From assembly GCA_964487645.1 (NCBI GenBank), contig CAZARW010000002.1:30042-94041 (forward strand): DNA of 64,000 nt, in the 5' to 3' direction. Under the pieces are notes generated by a model, which did no database searches, was not told where the DNA came from, and saw nothing but the letters and a program-made list of their open reading frames with translations. Source of the DNA: an uncultured Prolixibacteraceae bacterium. Its GTDB lineage: Bacteria; Bacteroidota; Bacteroidia; Bacteroidales; Prolixibacteraceae. Of this stretch, positions 50,326 to 59,434 are shown piece after piece (the stretch's first letter is position 1; each line of letters starts with the position of its first letter). Made by a program: the position numbers and the translations under genes.

Positions 50326-51426
50326 TTATAAATTATTAAAATATTTTTCGAGTAATTGTTTTGCTGCTACAAATGAACTCATTTTATCGTTTAAAACATC
50401 GTTTTCAAATATTTTTAATTCGTTTTTGATGTTTTTGTGATTGTAAAATGAGTTTTTAAGATCTTGATTTATAGTTTCGTACATCCAGTATTTTGCTTGT
50501 TGCTGCCGGCGTGTGTCGAAAAACATATTTTTTTGAGTAAATGCACAATAGTCGGTAATCATTTTCCACACTTTATCGATATTTGTTTTTTCAATTGCTG
50601 AGCATGTAAGAACCTGTGCTTCCCATTCAGAAGGCGAAGGTGGAAATAAATGCAGAGCATTTCGGTATTGTGACCTTGCCAGTTCGGCTTTCTCGATATT
50701 GTTGCCGTCGGCTTTATTAATTACTATACCATCGGCCATTTCCATTATACCGCGTTTAATGCCTTGAAGCTCGTCTCCGGCACCTGCAATCTGCAAGAGC
50801 AGAAAAAAATCGACCATTGAATGAACAGCAGTTTCGCTTTGGCCAACACCTACGGTTTCGATGAAAATTGTATCGAATCCTGCGGCTTCGCAAAGAATGA
50901 TTGTTTCGCGGGTTTTACGTGCAACACCGCCAAGTGAACCCGAGGATGGCGAAGGGCGTATGTAAGCGTTTTCGTCCGACGATAGTTCTTCCATACGGGT
51001 TTTATCGCCTAAAATACTTCCTTTGGTGCGTTCGCTGCTTGGATCAATTGCTAATACTGCTAGCTTATGGTTTTGCGAGGTAAGGTATTTTCCTAAAGCT
51101 TCAATAAAAGTACTTTTACCGGCTCCGGGTACCCCGGTTATACCCAGTCTTATTGATTTGCCTGCGTAGGGTAGGCATTCGGTTATAATTTGCTGAGCTA
51201 AATCGCGGTGTTTCGGATTTACACTTTCAACCAAGGTAACTGCACGGCTAAGTATTACCCTGTTTCCATTAAGTATTCCATCAACATATTGATCAATACT
51301 AAGTTTTTGCCGTTTAATTCTGCCCGAAACACCTGTTGGATTAACCATTGGGGGTTGCTCAATTCCTGAATTTACTTTCAGGCCTTTATATTCGCCATTA
51401 TTTTCTACGTGTGAGTTTTGTTTCAT
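50326..51426 (-). CDS. meaB: Methylmalonyl-CoA mutase-associated GTPase
   Basis: GITGVPGAGKST, AIDPSS..TKGSILGDKTRM, ETVGVGQSE, GAGDELQGIKRG, INKADG. Confidence 0.96.
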   Translation of the reverse strand: MKQNSHVENNGEYKGLKVNSGIEQPPMVNPTGVSGRIKRQKLSIDQYVDGILNGNRVILSRAVTLVESVNPKHRDLAQQIITECLPYAGKSIRLGITGVPGAGKSTFIEALGKYLTSQNHKLAVLAIDPSSERTKGSILGDKTRMEELSSDENAYIRPSPSSGSLGGVARKTRETIILCEAAGFDTIFIETVGVGQSETAVHSMVDFFLLLQIAGAGDELQGIKRGIMEMADGIVINKADGNNIEKAELARSQYRNALHLFPPSPSEWEAQVLTCSAIEKTNIDKVWKMITDYCAFTQKNMFFDTRRQQQAKYWMYETINQDLKNSFYNHKNIKNELKIFENDVLNDKMSSFVAAKQLLEKYFNNL

Positions 51427-51498
51427 TAATTTATTTGAACTTTAAAGTATGCGAATATACGTTTTTATTTGCTAGCCGTAATTCATTGTATTTTTATA

Positions 51499-51536
51499 AA
51501 ACAACAAAAACCGGGGATACCCGGTTTTTGTTGTTT
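51499..51536. terminator. Perfect 17-bp inverted repeat, bidirectional terminator
   Basis: AAACAACAAAAACCGGG-gata-CCCGGTTTTTGTTGTTT, between the DUF1573 gene and meaB. Confidence 0.85.
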
Positions 51537-51551
51537 CGGTATTTGTTTTTT

Positions 51552-52619
51552 TTAATTGCTTGTAACGTTTCCCATTACCCGTAATATTGTTGTTGGGTTT
51601 TTAGGGTCATTTGTTGTTATTGTAATCGATTTGTTCTGACGGTTGCGTTTACCACGAGAGTTAAATTCAACAGCAATACTTGTTGATTTTCCGGGTTTAA
51701 CAATGTTTTCGTGTTTAACGGCAGTACAGCCGCAACTTGCGCGTACATTTCTGATTATCAGGTCGCTTTTGCCATTGTTGGTAAGTATAAATTGATGAGG
51801 TACCTTATCGCCTTGTTTTATTGTTCCAAAGTTAAATACGGTGTTATCAAAAGATGCTACAGGAGCATTTTCTAATTCTTCTTCGGTCAAACTTGAGAAA
51901 TCTTCCTGTAAATTGGCCGATACGCTTATCGAATAAATATTTTGTCTTTCGCCGTTAATTGTCAGGTAAACTCTGTCGTTTACATTTCCCCATGCATCTT
52001 TTTTGGAAGCATCGTACTGAATGTTAATGTTTCCTTTTTTGCCGGGTTTTACTGTTTCGGGTTCAAAAATTAAGGTAATATGATCGTGTGAACGGCTAAT
52101 TCCAATTGTAACATCGGTATCGCTTGTGTTTATATATTCGATACTTTTTGTTTCAGTTTTGGTTTTAACTACGCTACCCATCGAAACATAGTTTGATTTA
52201 AACCGAATTGGCCCCATAGCTCTCGGGTATAATTCTTCGACAGTTTTTTGGCGGGGTTCAACCTTACCTTTTATTGATAAAACAGTTACACTAGGTTGTG
52301 TATTTGCATAAACATTTACACTTTTCGAAAAGTTTCCGGGTCTGTTTCGTGGGTTGTAGCCTACTTTTATGTTACCGGTTTGTCCCGGAGGCAGAGGTTC
52401 GCGTGTCCACTTTGGAGTTGTACATCCACAGGTAGCTCTTACGTTGTTAATAATGAGTGGTTCGTTACCGGTGTTTGTAAATTCAAAAACGGTTTCGGCA
52501 ATACCATCTTCTTCTTTTATAGCGCCGTAATCGTACGTTTTGTTTTTGAATTCAATTTTTGGTTGTGCTTGAAGTGTAATAATTGCAAAAAGTGAAATTG
52601 TAAGTATAATGTATTTCAT
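51552..52619 (-). CDS. Secreted DUF1573 (Ig-like) repeat protein
   Basis: Signal peptide. Two copies of F..TN.G…L.I.NVRA(T/S)CGCT plus a degenerate middle copy. Confidence 0.9.
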   Translation of the reverse strand: MKYIILTISLFAIITLQAQPKIEFKNKTYDYGAIKEEDGIAETVFEFTNTGNEPLIINNVRATCGCTTPKWTREPLPPGQTGNIKVGYNPRNRPGNFSKSVNVYANTQPSVTVLSIKGKVEPRQKTVEELYPRAMGPIRFKSNYVSMGSVVKTKTETKSIEYINTSDTDVTIGISRSHDHITLIFEPETVKPGKKGNINIQYDASKKDAWGNVNDRVYLTINGERQNIYSISVSANLQEDFSSLTEEELENAPVASFDNTVFNFGTIKQGDKVPHQFILTNNGKSDLIIRNVRASCGCTAVKHENIVKPGKSTSIAVEFNSRGKRNRQNKSITITTNDPKNPTTILRVMGNVTSN

Positions 52620-52773
52620 AACAGTAGTGTTAAAATGATTTTCACAAAACTAATACTTTTATTTTATCTCAATATGTATTTAACATTTATTGAGATTTTT
52701 TTGTGATGATTAAAACAAATACAATGCCAATATGTTTAGCGATAAATGCATTGAAAAGAGAATAAGACAATTT

Positions 52774-53802
52774 TTAGTCGCCAAATGATATACCCATGTT
52801 TCGGCATTTAGTAACCAAGTGATTGTCTTTTTCAATAAGTTTTAGTTTACCGCTTACTTCACTTAGCTGAATTGTTTTTAAGTTGTCGGCTTGTAGCGAA
52901 ACCATAACACCATATTCTTCGCGGGCAATAACTTCGGCGGCAAATGCCCCATAGCGGGTAGCTAAAATGCGGTCGGTGTGTGTTGGGCTACCTCCGCGTT
53001 GTATGTATCCCAGGCGAGTTTCGCGAGTTTCGATACCGGTGTTTTGTGTTATGCAATTTGCAATGTATGCTCCCGCAGTTTGTTTTTTAGGTACAGCAAT
53101 TCCCTCTGCAACAACTACAATTGAATAGGCTTTTTTCTCTTCGAAACGTTTTTCGATTTTTTCGCAAATTGCTTTTTTATTGAATTTAATTTCAGGAATT
53201 AAAATAATATCACCACCACCGGCCATTCCGGCATATAAAGCAATCCATCCGGCATCGTGTCCCATTACTTCGATAACCATTGCCCGTTGATGCGAGTTTG
53301 CTGTTGTGTGGAGGCGGTCGATTGCTTCGGTTGCTATACTCACTGCTGAGTCGAAGCCAAAAGTAACATCAGTTCCGTATACGTCGTTGTCAATGGTTTT
53401 GGGTATACCAATTACATTTAATCCTAATTCACCAATTTTGGCAGCGGTTTTCATTGTTCCGTTTCCTCCAATGCAAATCAGGCAATCGAGTTTAAGGTCT
53501 TTGTAATTTTTTACAATTAATTCGGGCTTATTTATATTGCCATCGTCCTGACTAATTTTAAACGGTTTTTCGCGCGATGTTCCCAATATGGTTCCTCCTA
53601 AGGTAAGAATACCCGATAACTGGTTCTCAGACAGGGTAATGTATTCTTTGTGAATAAGCCCCGTATATCCCGATACAAAACCAATTACCTCCATATTGTG
53701 TTCAATTATTGCTGTTTTTCCAATACCTCGTATGGCGGCATTTAATCCGGGGCAATCGCCTCCTGCGGTTAAAATGCCAATTCTTTTTTTGCTGCTTGTC
53801 AT
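52774..53802 (-). CDS. pfkA: 6-phosphofructokinase (group III type, probably ATP-dependent)
   Basis: GILTAGGDCPGLNA, GGTILGTSR, IGGNGT, PKTIDND, EVMG, LGYIQRGG. Confidence 0.93.
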   Translation of the reverse strand: MTSSKKRIGILTAGGDCPGLNAAIRGIGKTAIIEHNMEVIGFVSGYTGLIHKEYITLSENQLSGILTLGGTILGTSREKPFKISQDDGNINKPELIVKNYKDLKLDCLICIGGNGTMKTAAKIGELGLNVIGIPKTIDNDVYGTDVTFGFDSAVSIATEAIDRLHTTANSHQRAMVIEVMGHDAGWIALYAGMAGGGDIILIPEIKFNKKAICEKIEKRFEEKKAYSIVVVAEGIAVPKKQTAGAYIANCITQNTGIETRETRLGYIQRGGSPTHTDRILATRYGAFAAEVIAREEYGVMVSLQADNLKTIQLSEVSGKLKLIEKDNHLVTKCRNMGISFGD

Positions 53803-53838
53803 TTAATGTATTCCTTATTATTTCTTCTTCAATTTTAT

Positions 53839-54855
53839 TTATTCAGGATGATATCCCGAGATGTTTAAAATATGTTGCGGATCGGTGGATTCCATGAGTT
53901 TGTTTAGGGAAATATTTTTGTTTTTTTCCATATATGATCGAACTATTTGCCATCCGATCCATATTCCTGTTCGGCCGGGTGATTCGGACGAAAAGCTGTT
54001 GGTGTATGGTGAGTCGTTAATATATCGTTGTAGTAGCAGCCTGTCGTTTTTGTACAGTTCTTTATTTTCGACAAGAAATGCCCACATTGCAGCTTCGTTT
54101 TCTTTGCACCACTTGAGGTGTTCTGCACTGTATCCTATAAGAGTTGAATCGTGCATTGAGGGAAGCATTGCTTCGGTAAAGTACATAAGTTTACCTTGAT
54201 GAATAATGTGCGATAATAAATTGGTGCCATCAACATTGGGATATTCGGTAATTGCCCAACCGTAAAAAATATCGCTGATGATTTTTTGAGGGTACATGTT
54301 TTTAATTTTGTACCGCGGAATTCCAAGTAAATTATAAAACTCACATGTACTGCCCAGGTATTTGTCAAGACTTATCCCAACAAAGTTATCGGCAATAATA
54401 AGCGACTCGTTAAATCCCGATACGTAGGTGTATATGTTTGGAATTGGTTTTTGAGGAAAATAGTATTTGTAATGTGCAAAGCCTTTGGTAATGCGATTGG
54501 CTATTGTGTTAAAATCACTAAATCGAACTAAGGTTGTATCGGCAACTTTTTGAATAACTGTGTCGGTAATAAATGAATACAAGTACTCCGGAAAAGTTTC
54601 ATGTTCAATATTCCCAATCTGGATTACATTTTCGGTATATATGTCAATAAATTCTTTATGTGTGTCGTAGTGTGTGAGTAAAGTCCCTGTTAGTTCTTGA
54701 GGGGTATGGGCAAAAAATACACTGTCGAACCGATAAAAGTTTATTGATGTTTCAATATCTGAGACATCGATACGCAATGGGTTTTGTTTGCACGATGTAA
54801 CAATTCCCAAAACAATTACCATTACTGAAATGAGTATTTTGTGAGGAAGTCTCAT
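53839..54855 (-). CDS. gldB: GldB-family lipoprotein
   Basis: Lipobox IVTS-C. F.RFD..FF, GISLDKYLG, LL..II.QGKLMY, WCKENE..MW, ESPGRTGIWIGWQIVRSYM. Confidence 0.88.
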   Translation of the reverse strand: MRLPHKILISVMVIVLGIVTSCKQNPLRIDVSDIETSINFYRFDSVFFAHTPQELTGTLLTHYDTHKEFIDIYTENVIQIGNIEHETFPEYLYSFITDTVIQKVADTTLVRFSDFNTIANRITKGFAHYKYYFPQKPIPNIYTYVSGFNESLIIADNFVGISLDKYLGSTCEFYNLLGIPRYKIKNMYPQKIISDIFYGWAITEYPNVDGTNLLSHIIHQGKLMYFTEAMLPSMHDSTLIGYSAEHLKWCKENEAAMWAFLVENKELYKNDRLLLQRYINDSPYTNSFSSESPGRTGIWIGWQIVRSYMEKNKNISLNKLMESTDPQHILNISGYHPE

Positions 54856-55080
54856 GAGTCTGAATTTTTGATTATTTGTTAATGCGAATATTTTTATGTT
54901 TTGTGTTTAAGTGCATATGCTTGTTTTTTTTACAAAACGATAAAAATTAAAATGGATTATTTGATCATACAAAGTAATAAAATATTATTTTGCATGTAAC
55001 TCAAAATTCATAAAAATCATCCTATTTTTGTGAATACGAAAAAGCATAAAGTGTACATTTTTTTCACAAACTATACAACT

Positions 55081-55755
55081 ATGAAACAAATAACAATAGT
55101 ATTGCTCTTCTTATTTCTTTCGGTTTCTTCGTTCTCACAGAATTTTAAACTTGGTTTTCAAACCAGTCCGCATATTACATGGATGAGCTCAACCAACAGC
55201 AATATTGAACAAAGTGCAAACAAACTGGGGATAAAATATGGTTTAGAAGCCGATATATATATTGCCGGATATCCCCGATATTGTTTAAACACCGGTTTGT
55301 TTGTGTCAAATTATTCGTTTAGTGGCAATTATTCAACCGAAACGCCTTTTTATATTGGCGATCATACATTTACTCCTCCTGTTGACTTGCATTTTAAGCT
55401 CAATTATATTGCAATTCCTCTAAACATTAAACTTCGGTCGGAGCAGTTTTACCGAATCACTTTTTTTGGGCAATTTGGATTGTCAAATCTTTTTAATATT
55501 AGTGCCTCGGTTGAGTCGAGTGATGTGAAATTTGCAGGCGATCAGTTAAATAAGGGTTTAGGAAATCGGTCAATATCGTTTTATAATTTGCAAATGATAA
55601 TGGGTGGTGGTGTTGAGTACGATGTTGGTGGCAATACCGCAATAGTTATTGGTTTACAATACGAAAACGGCCTTTCGGATATTTCAAAAATATCGCCTTT
55701 AAATGAAAAAAGCATTTTTAATTCGGCACGTTTAGCATTAGGGGTAATGTTTTAA
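55081..55755 (+). CDS. Outer-membrane beta-barrel (porin/PorT-like, OMP_b-brl_2) protein
   Basis: Signal peptide from ATG 55081. LNYIAIPL.IKL, GGGVEY, terminal LALGVMF. Confidence 0.8.
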   Translation: MKQITIVLLFLFLSVSSFSQNFKLGFQTSPHITWMSSTNSNIEQSANKLGIKYGLEADIYIAGYPRYCLNTGLFVSNYSFSGNYSTETPFYIGDHTFTPPVDLHFKLNYIAIPLNIKLRSEQFYRITFFGQFGLSNLFNISASVESSDVKFAGDQLNKGLGNRSISFYNLQMIMGGGVEYDVGGNTAIVIGLQYENGLSDISKISPLNEKSIFNSARLALGVMF

Positions 55756-55900
55756 ATTTGATTGTTTTTTCATTTTTTGAACTATTTTTTGTTGCTCACA
55801 TTGAGTGCTGAATAATTGTACAGATTGCATACTTTATTATGCAAACAAATTGTAATGCTATAAGGAACAAAACCTGAGGAGGGTACAAAATAACATATAC

Positions 55901-57544
55901 GTGAAAATTGCATTAGTTCAAAACAACTATCATATTGGAAATTTCTCGGATAATAGTTCGAAAATCATTCAATCGATAAATAAAGCACAAGCTGCCGGAG
56001 CCGATTTGGTTGTTTTTTCCGAATTGTCGGTTTGTGGATATTATCCTCACGATATGCTCGAGCGCAGTGAGTTTATTGAAAAAACGCAGATTGCCGTCGA
56101 AAACATTGCTTCACAGTGTTTAAACATTGCGGCTATAGTTGGTGCACCTACGGTTAATTACAGCCGACGAGGTAAGCGTTTGTATAATTCAGCATTGTTT
56201 ATTCGTAACGGGGTGGTTGAAAAAACCATTCATAAAACACTTTTACCTACATACGATATTTTTGACGAGTACAGGCATTTTGAACCCAATCGGAATTTTG
56301 ATGTGATTGAGTTAAAAGGGGAAAAAATTGCACTGACTATTTGCGAAGATTTATGGGATAACCAGCCAAGCAATAACAGTTTTGCCAAAAGTGAACTCTA
56401 TATAACATCACCTCTCGAAGAGCTCAGTAAATTTAATCCATATTGCATTATAAATATTGCCGCATCGCCTTTTTCAAACGATCAGGAAGACAGTAGGAAA
56501 ACGGTTTTGAAGAATAATGCCAGCAAATATTCTGTGCCTTTAGTGTATGTAAATCAGGTTGGAGCTCAAACCGAAATTGTTTTTGACGGGGGGTCAATGG
56601 TTATCGACGCTAAAGGAGAGATAATTCATGAGTTGAAATATTTTACCGAAGATTTCAGGATTGTTGATTTAGCCGATTTGAATCAAAAAAATATCCAACC
56701 GGGAGTTACCCCAATAAAAAAAATATACGATGCACTGGTTTTGGGGATAAGTGATTATTTTGGCAAATGTGGTTTTAGGTCTGCAACTTTAGGGCTTTCG
56801 GGAGGAATTGATTCAGCTGTTGTTGCAGTTTTAGCTGTGCGTGCTTTGGGCCCCCAAAATGTGCGGGTATTGCTTATGCCCTCAAAATATTCGTCAAAGC
56901 ATAGTGTTGACGACGCAGTTGCCCTTGCTCAAAATTTAGGAATTGAATACCAGACAATACCAATACAAAAAATTGTTGATGAGTTTGAATATGGCCTGTC
57001 TCCGGTTTTTGGAGATTTACCTCCCGATGTAAGCGAAGAGAATATCCAGGCACGTGCACGGGGTGTTTTATTAATGGCTTTATCGAATAAATTTGGAAAT
57101 ATTTTACTTAATACCAGCAATAAAAGCGAATGTGCTGTTGGCTACGGAACCTTGTATGGCGATATGAATGGAGGCTTGTCGGTGCTGGCCGATGTGTATA
57201 AAACTGATGTATTTAACCTGGCTCACTTTATAAATCAGAACAGCGAAATTATCCCCAACAATACAATTATCAAACCTCCTTCGGCTGAGCTACGACCCGA
57301 TCAGAAAGATTCTGATTCGCTGCCCGATTATGCTGTTCTCGATAAAATATTGTATGCATATATCGAACAAAATAAATCGCCCAACGAAATCATTAAACAA
57401 GGTTTCGACTCTGAAATTGTTTTTAAAACCATTCGCCTTGTAAATTACAATGAGTATAAGCGATTTCAAACTCCACCAATATTGCGTGTGTCGTCAAAAG
57501 CTTTTGGCTTTGGACGCAAAATGCCTTTGGTTGCCCAATATTGA
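55901..57544 (+). CDS. nadE: Glutamine-dependent NAD+ synthetase
   Basis: GTG start. Nitrilase domain (FSEL, KTLLPTYDIFDEYRHF, ICEDLW) plus GLSGGIDS, ENIQARAR, NKSE.AVGY.TLYGD, PPSAELRPDQKD. Confidence 0.97.
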   Translation: MKIALVQNNYHIGNFSDNSSKIIQSINKAQAAGADLVVFSELSVCGYYPHDMLERSEFIEKTQIAVENIASQCLNIAAIVGAPTVNYSRRGKRLYNSALFIRNGVVEKTIHKTLLPTYDIFDEYRHFEPNRNFDVIELKGEKIALTICEDLWDNQPSNNSFAKSELYITSPLEELSKFNPYCIINIAASPFSNDQEDSRKTVLKNNASKYSVPLVYVNQVGAQTEIVFDGGSMVIDAKGEIIHELKYFTEDFRIVDLADLNQKNIQPGVTPIKKIYDALVLGISDYFGKCGFRSATLGLSGGIDSAVVAVLAVRALGPQNVRVLLMPSKYSSKHSVDDAVALAQNLGIEYQTIPIQKIVDEFEYGLSPVFGDLPPDVSEENIQARARGVLLMALSNKFGNILLNTSNKSECAVGYGTLYGDMNGGLSVLADVYKTDVFNLAHFINQNSEIIPNNTIIKPPSAELRPDQKDSDSLPDYAVLDKILYAYIEQNKSPNEIIKQGFDSEIVFKTIRLVNYNEYKRFQTPPILRVSSKAFGFGRKMPLVAQY

Positions 57545-57650
57545 TGTTGCAATGTGTACTCATTTTTTTGATAATGAGCAAAAACGTGTGTTATATAACA
57601 TGTTAGTTCGATAAAAAGATTAACTTTGAAGCAATACTAAAGTAAAACCT

Positions 57651-58358
57651 TTGATTATGTTTACCGACAGTTCATCTGGCACATCTCCTCTTTTGGCTAA
57701 AAAATCAATATTCAGGTTTTTAAACGATGATGAAAAAGCTGATTTGGAAGGCCATATACAATGCGTTGTGGTGAAAAAAAATGAGTTGATTTATGAAGAG
57801 GGAGATATTCCTAAATCGTTTATAACGCTCGAAAGAGGAAAGGTTAAAATTTTTAAAGAAGGAGTAGGCGGGCGCGAGCAAATATTGCGTATGGTAAAAC
57901 CCGGCGGTTTTGTGAGTTACCGGGCATTGCTTGCCGGCGAAATTCATATTTCATCGGCTGTTGCACTTGAGGAATCGGAGATATGTTATATCGACCGCGA
58001 TTTCTTTTTTGACCGCCTTTTAAAAAACAGTGCAGTAACTCTTCGTTTGCTTACAAAGCTTGCCAAAGAACTGGGATTTTCAAATGCACGCACGGTAAAC
58101 CTTACTCAAAAGCATATCAGAGGGCGTCTTGCCGAATCAATTTTGCTTCTTGCCGATAAATACGGTCTTGAACCCGATGGAGCAACTATTAGAGCATACC
58201 TTTCGCGCGAGGATCTGGCGAGTTTATCAAATATGACTACTTCAAATGCAATACGTACATTGTCTGGATTTGTTGGCGAAAAATTATTAGCTATCGATGG
58301 ACGTAAAGTGCGAATTCTTGATCAAAATAAACTCGAACGAATTAGTAAGCTTGGATAA
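57651..58358 (+). CDS. Crp/Fnr-family transcriptional regulator
   Basis: cNMP-binding beta-roll (IYEEGD…GKVKIFK…REQI), RLA..LL, HTH LSREDLASLSNMTTSNAIRTLS. TAACTTTG box at 57621-57628. Confidence 0.92.
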   Translation: MIMFTDSSSGTSPLLAKKSIFRFLNDDEKADLEGHIQCVVVKKNELIYEEGDIPKSFITLERGKVKIFKEGVGGREQILRMVKPGGFVSYRALLAGEIHISSAVALEESEICYIDRDFFFDRLLKNSAVTLRLLTKLAKELGFSNARTVNLTQKHIRGRLAESILLLADKYGLEPDGATIRAYLSREDLASLSNMTTSNAIRTLSGFVGEKLLAIDGRKVRILDQNKLERISKLG

Positions 58359-58392
58359 TGAATTGTATTTAATGCAATAAGTATAACAAGCA

Positions 58393-59430
58393 TTATATAT
58401 ACAGAATCTTTGTATTCTTGTCAAATTTTTTAACATCATTAAGCCCAAGCATTTCAATAGCTTTGTCGATAATGCAGGAATTACTATCAGGAATATTTTG
58501 ATTGTTTTTTTTAAAGAAATAAATTCCGGCTTCAATTAGTGTTTTTTCGGGTATTAAACCAACAAGTTCGGAGCCGCTAACAGTGCATCCGTATTTTTGG
58601 GCTACGCTGCAAGTTGTTTCGTATACAACATGTATTGGGGTTGTTTCAATATCGACAATATTGAACGAAACTTGTGCTTTTTTAAAATCGTCGATGTACC
58701 AGCCAATCGCTTTTGTATTTTTCAGTAAGCCGGGTTCGTATATGGGTTTTTTATGCTGGTTGTAAACAATGTTTCCTTTAAGGTCTCGTTTAATTTTCCC
58801 TTTTTCACGTATTTCGGCTGCTATGTCTCCGGCAATTTGAGCCGATTGAGTGTTTAAGTTGATGTTGTATGCCAGTAAAAACTTGCGGGCACCAACAGCA
58901 CAAGCCCCCGATTTAGCTACTGATTCGGTAAACGATTGAGGCCCAAAATCGGGTTTTTGGCAAGCTGTTTTCATTTTTTCAGCTAAGCCTTCGTATTGGC
59001 CTTTGCGACAGGCAGCCAGGTTTCTTCGTTTCGGTGAATAAGCTGCGTATTCGTAGCAGTATACCGGAATATTTAATTGATTTCCAATTTTTTCTGCGCA
59101 TTGACGAGCTAAATCAATTATTTGGCCCATCGTGATGTTTTTGAGCGGAATAAAGGGAAGCACATCAATAGCTCCAAAGCGTGGATGTTCGCCTTGATGT
59201 TTGCTCATATCGATAAGATTTTTTGCTGTTTTTGCCGATAAAAATGCTGCTTGTGCAACAGCTTTGGGTGATCCCCAAAAGGTAAATACCGTACGGTTTG
59301 CAGCATAGCCACTGTCAATATCAGCTAAGGTTACACCATCAACACTTTTAATGGCTAAAGCTATTTGTTTGATGGTTTCATGATTTCGTCCCTCGCTAAA
59401 ATTCGGCACGCATTCAACAAGTTGTTGCAT
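58393..59430 (-). CDS. ftcD: Glutamate formimidoyltransferase (transferase part only)
   Basis: ATG 59430. LVECVPNFSEGR, NRTV, IDMSKHQGEHPRFGAIDV.PF.P, RKGQYEG, GARKFLLAYN, QVSFN, SELVGL. Confidence 0.92.
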   Translation of the reverse strand: MQQLVECVPNFSEGRNHETIKQIALAIKSVDGVTLADIDSGYAANRTVFTFWGSPKAVAQAAFLSAKTAKNLIDMSKHQGEHPRFGAIDVLPFIPLKNITMGQIIDLARQCAEKIGNQLNIPVYCYEYAAYSPKRRNLAACRKGQYEGLAEKMKTACQKPDFGPQSFTESVAKSGACAVGARKFLLAYNINLNTQSAQIAGDIAAEIREKGKIKRDLKGNIVYNQHKKPIYEPGLLKNTKAIGWYIDDFKKAQVSFNIVDIETTPIHVVYETTCSVAQKYGCTVSGSELVGLIPEKTLIEAGIYFFKKNNQNIPDSNSCIIDKAIEMLGLNDVKKFDKNTKILYI

Positions 59431-59434
59431 GGGT

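Noticed and set aside
51499-51536. 17-bp perfect inverted repeat as a MITE/REP element
   Set aside because: I noticed only one copy in the window, and its position and A/T flanks fit an intrinsic terminator.
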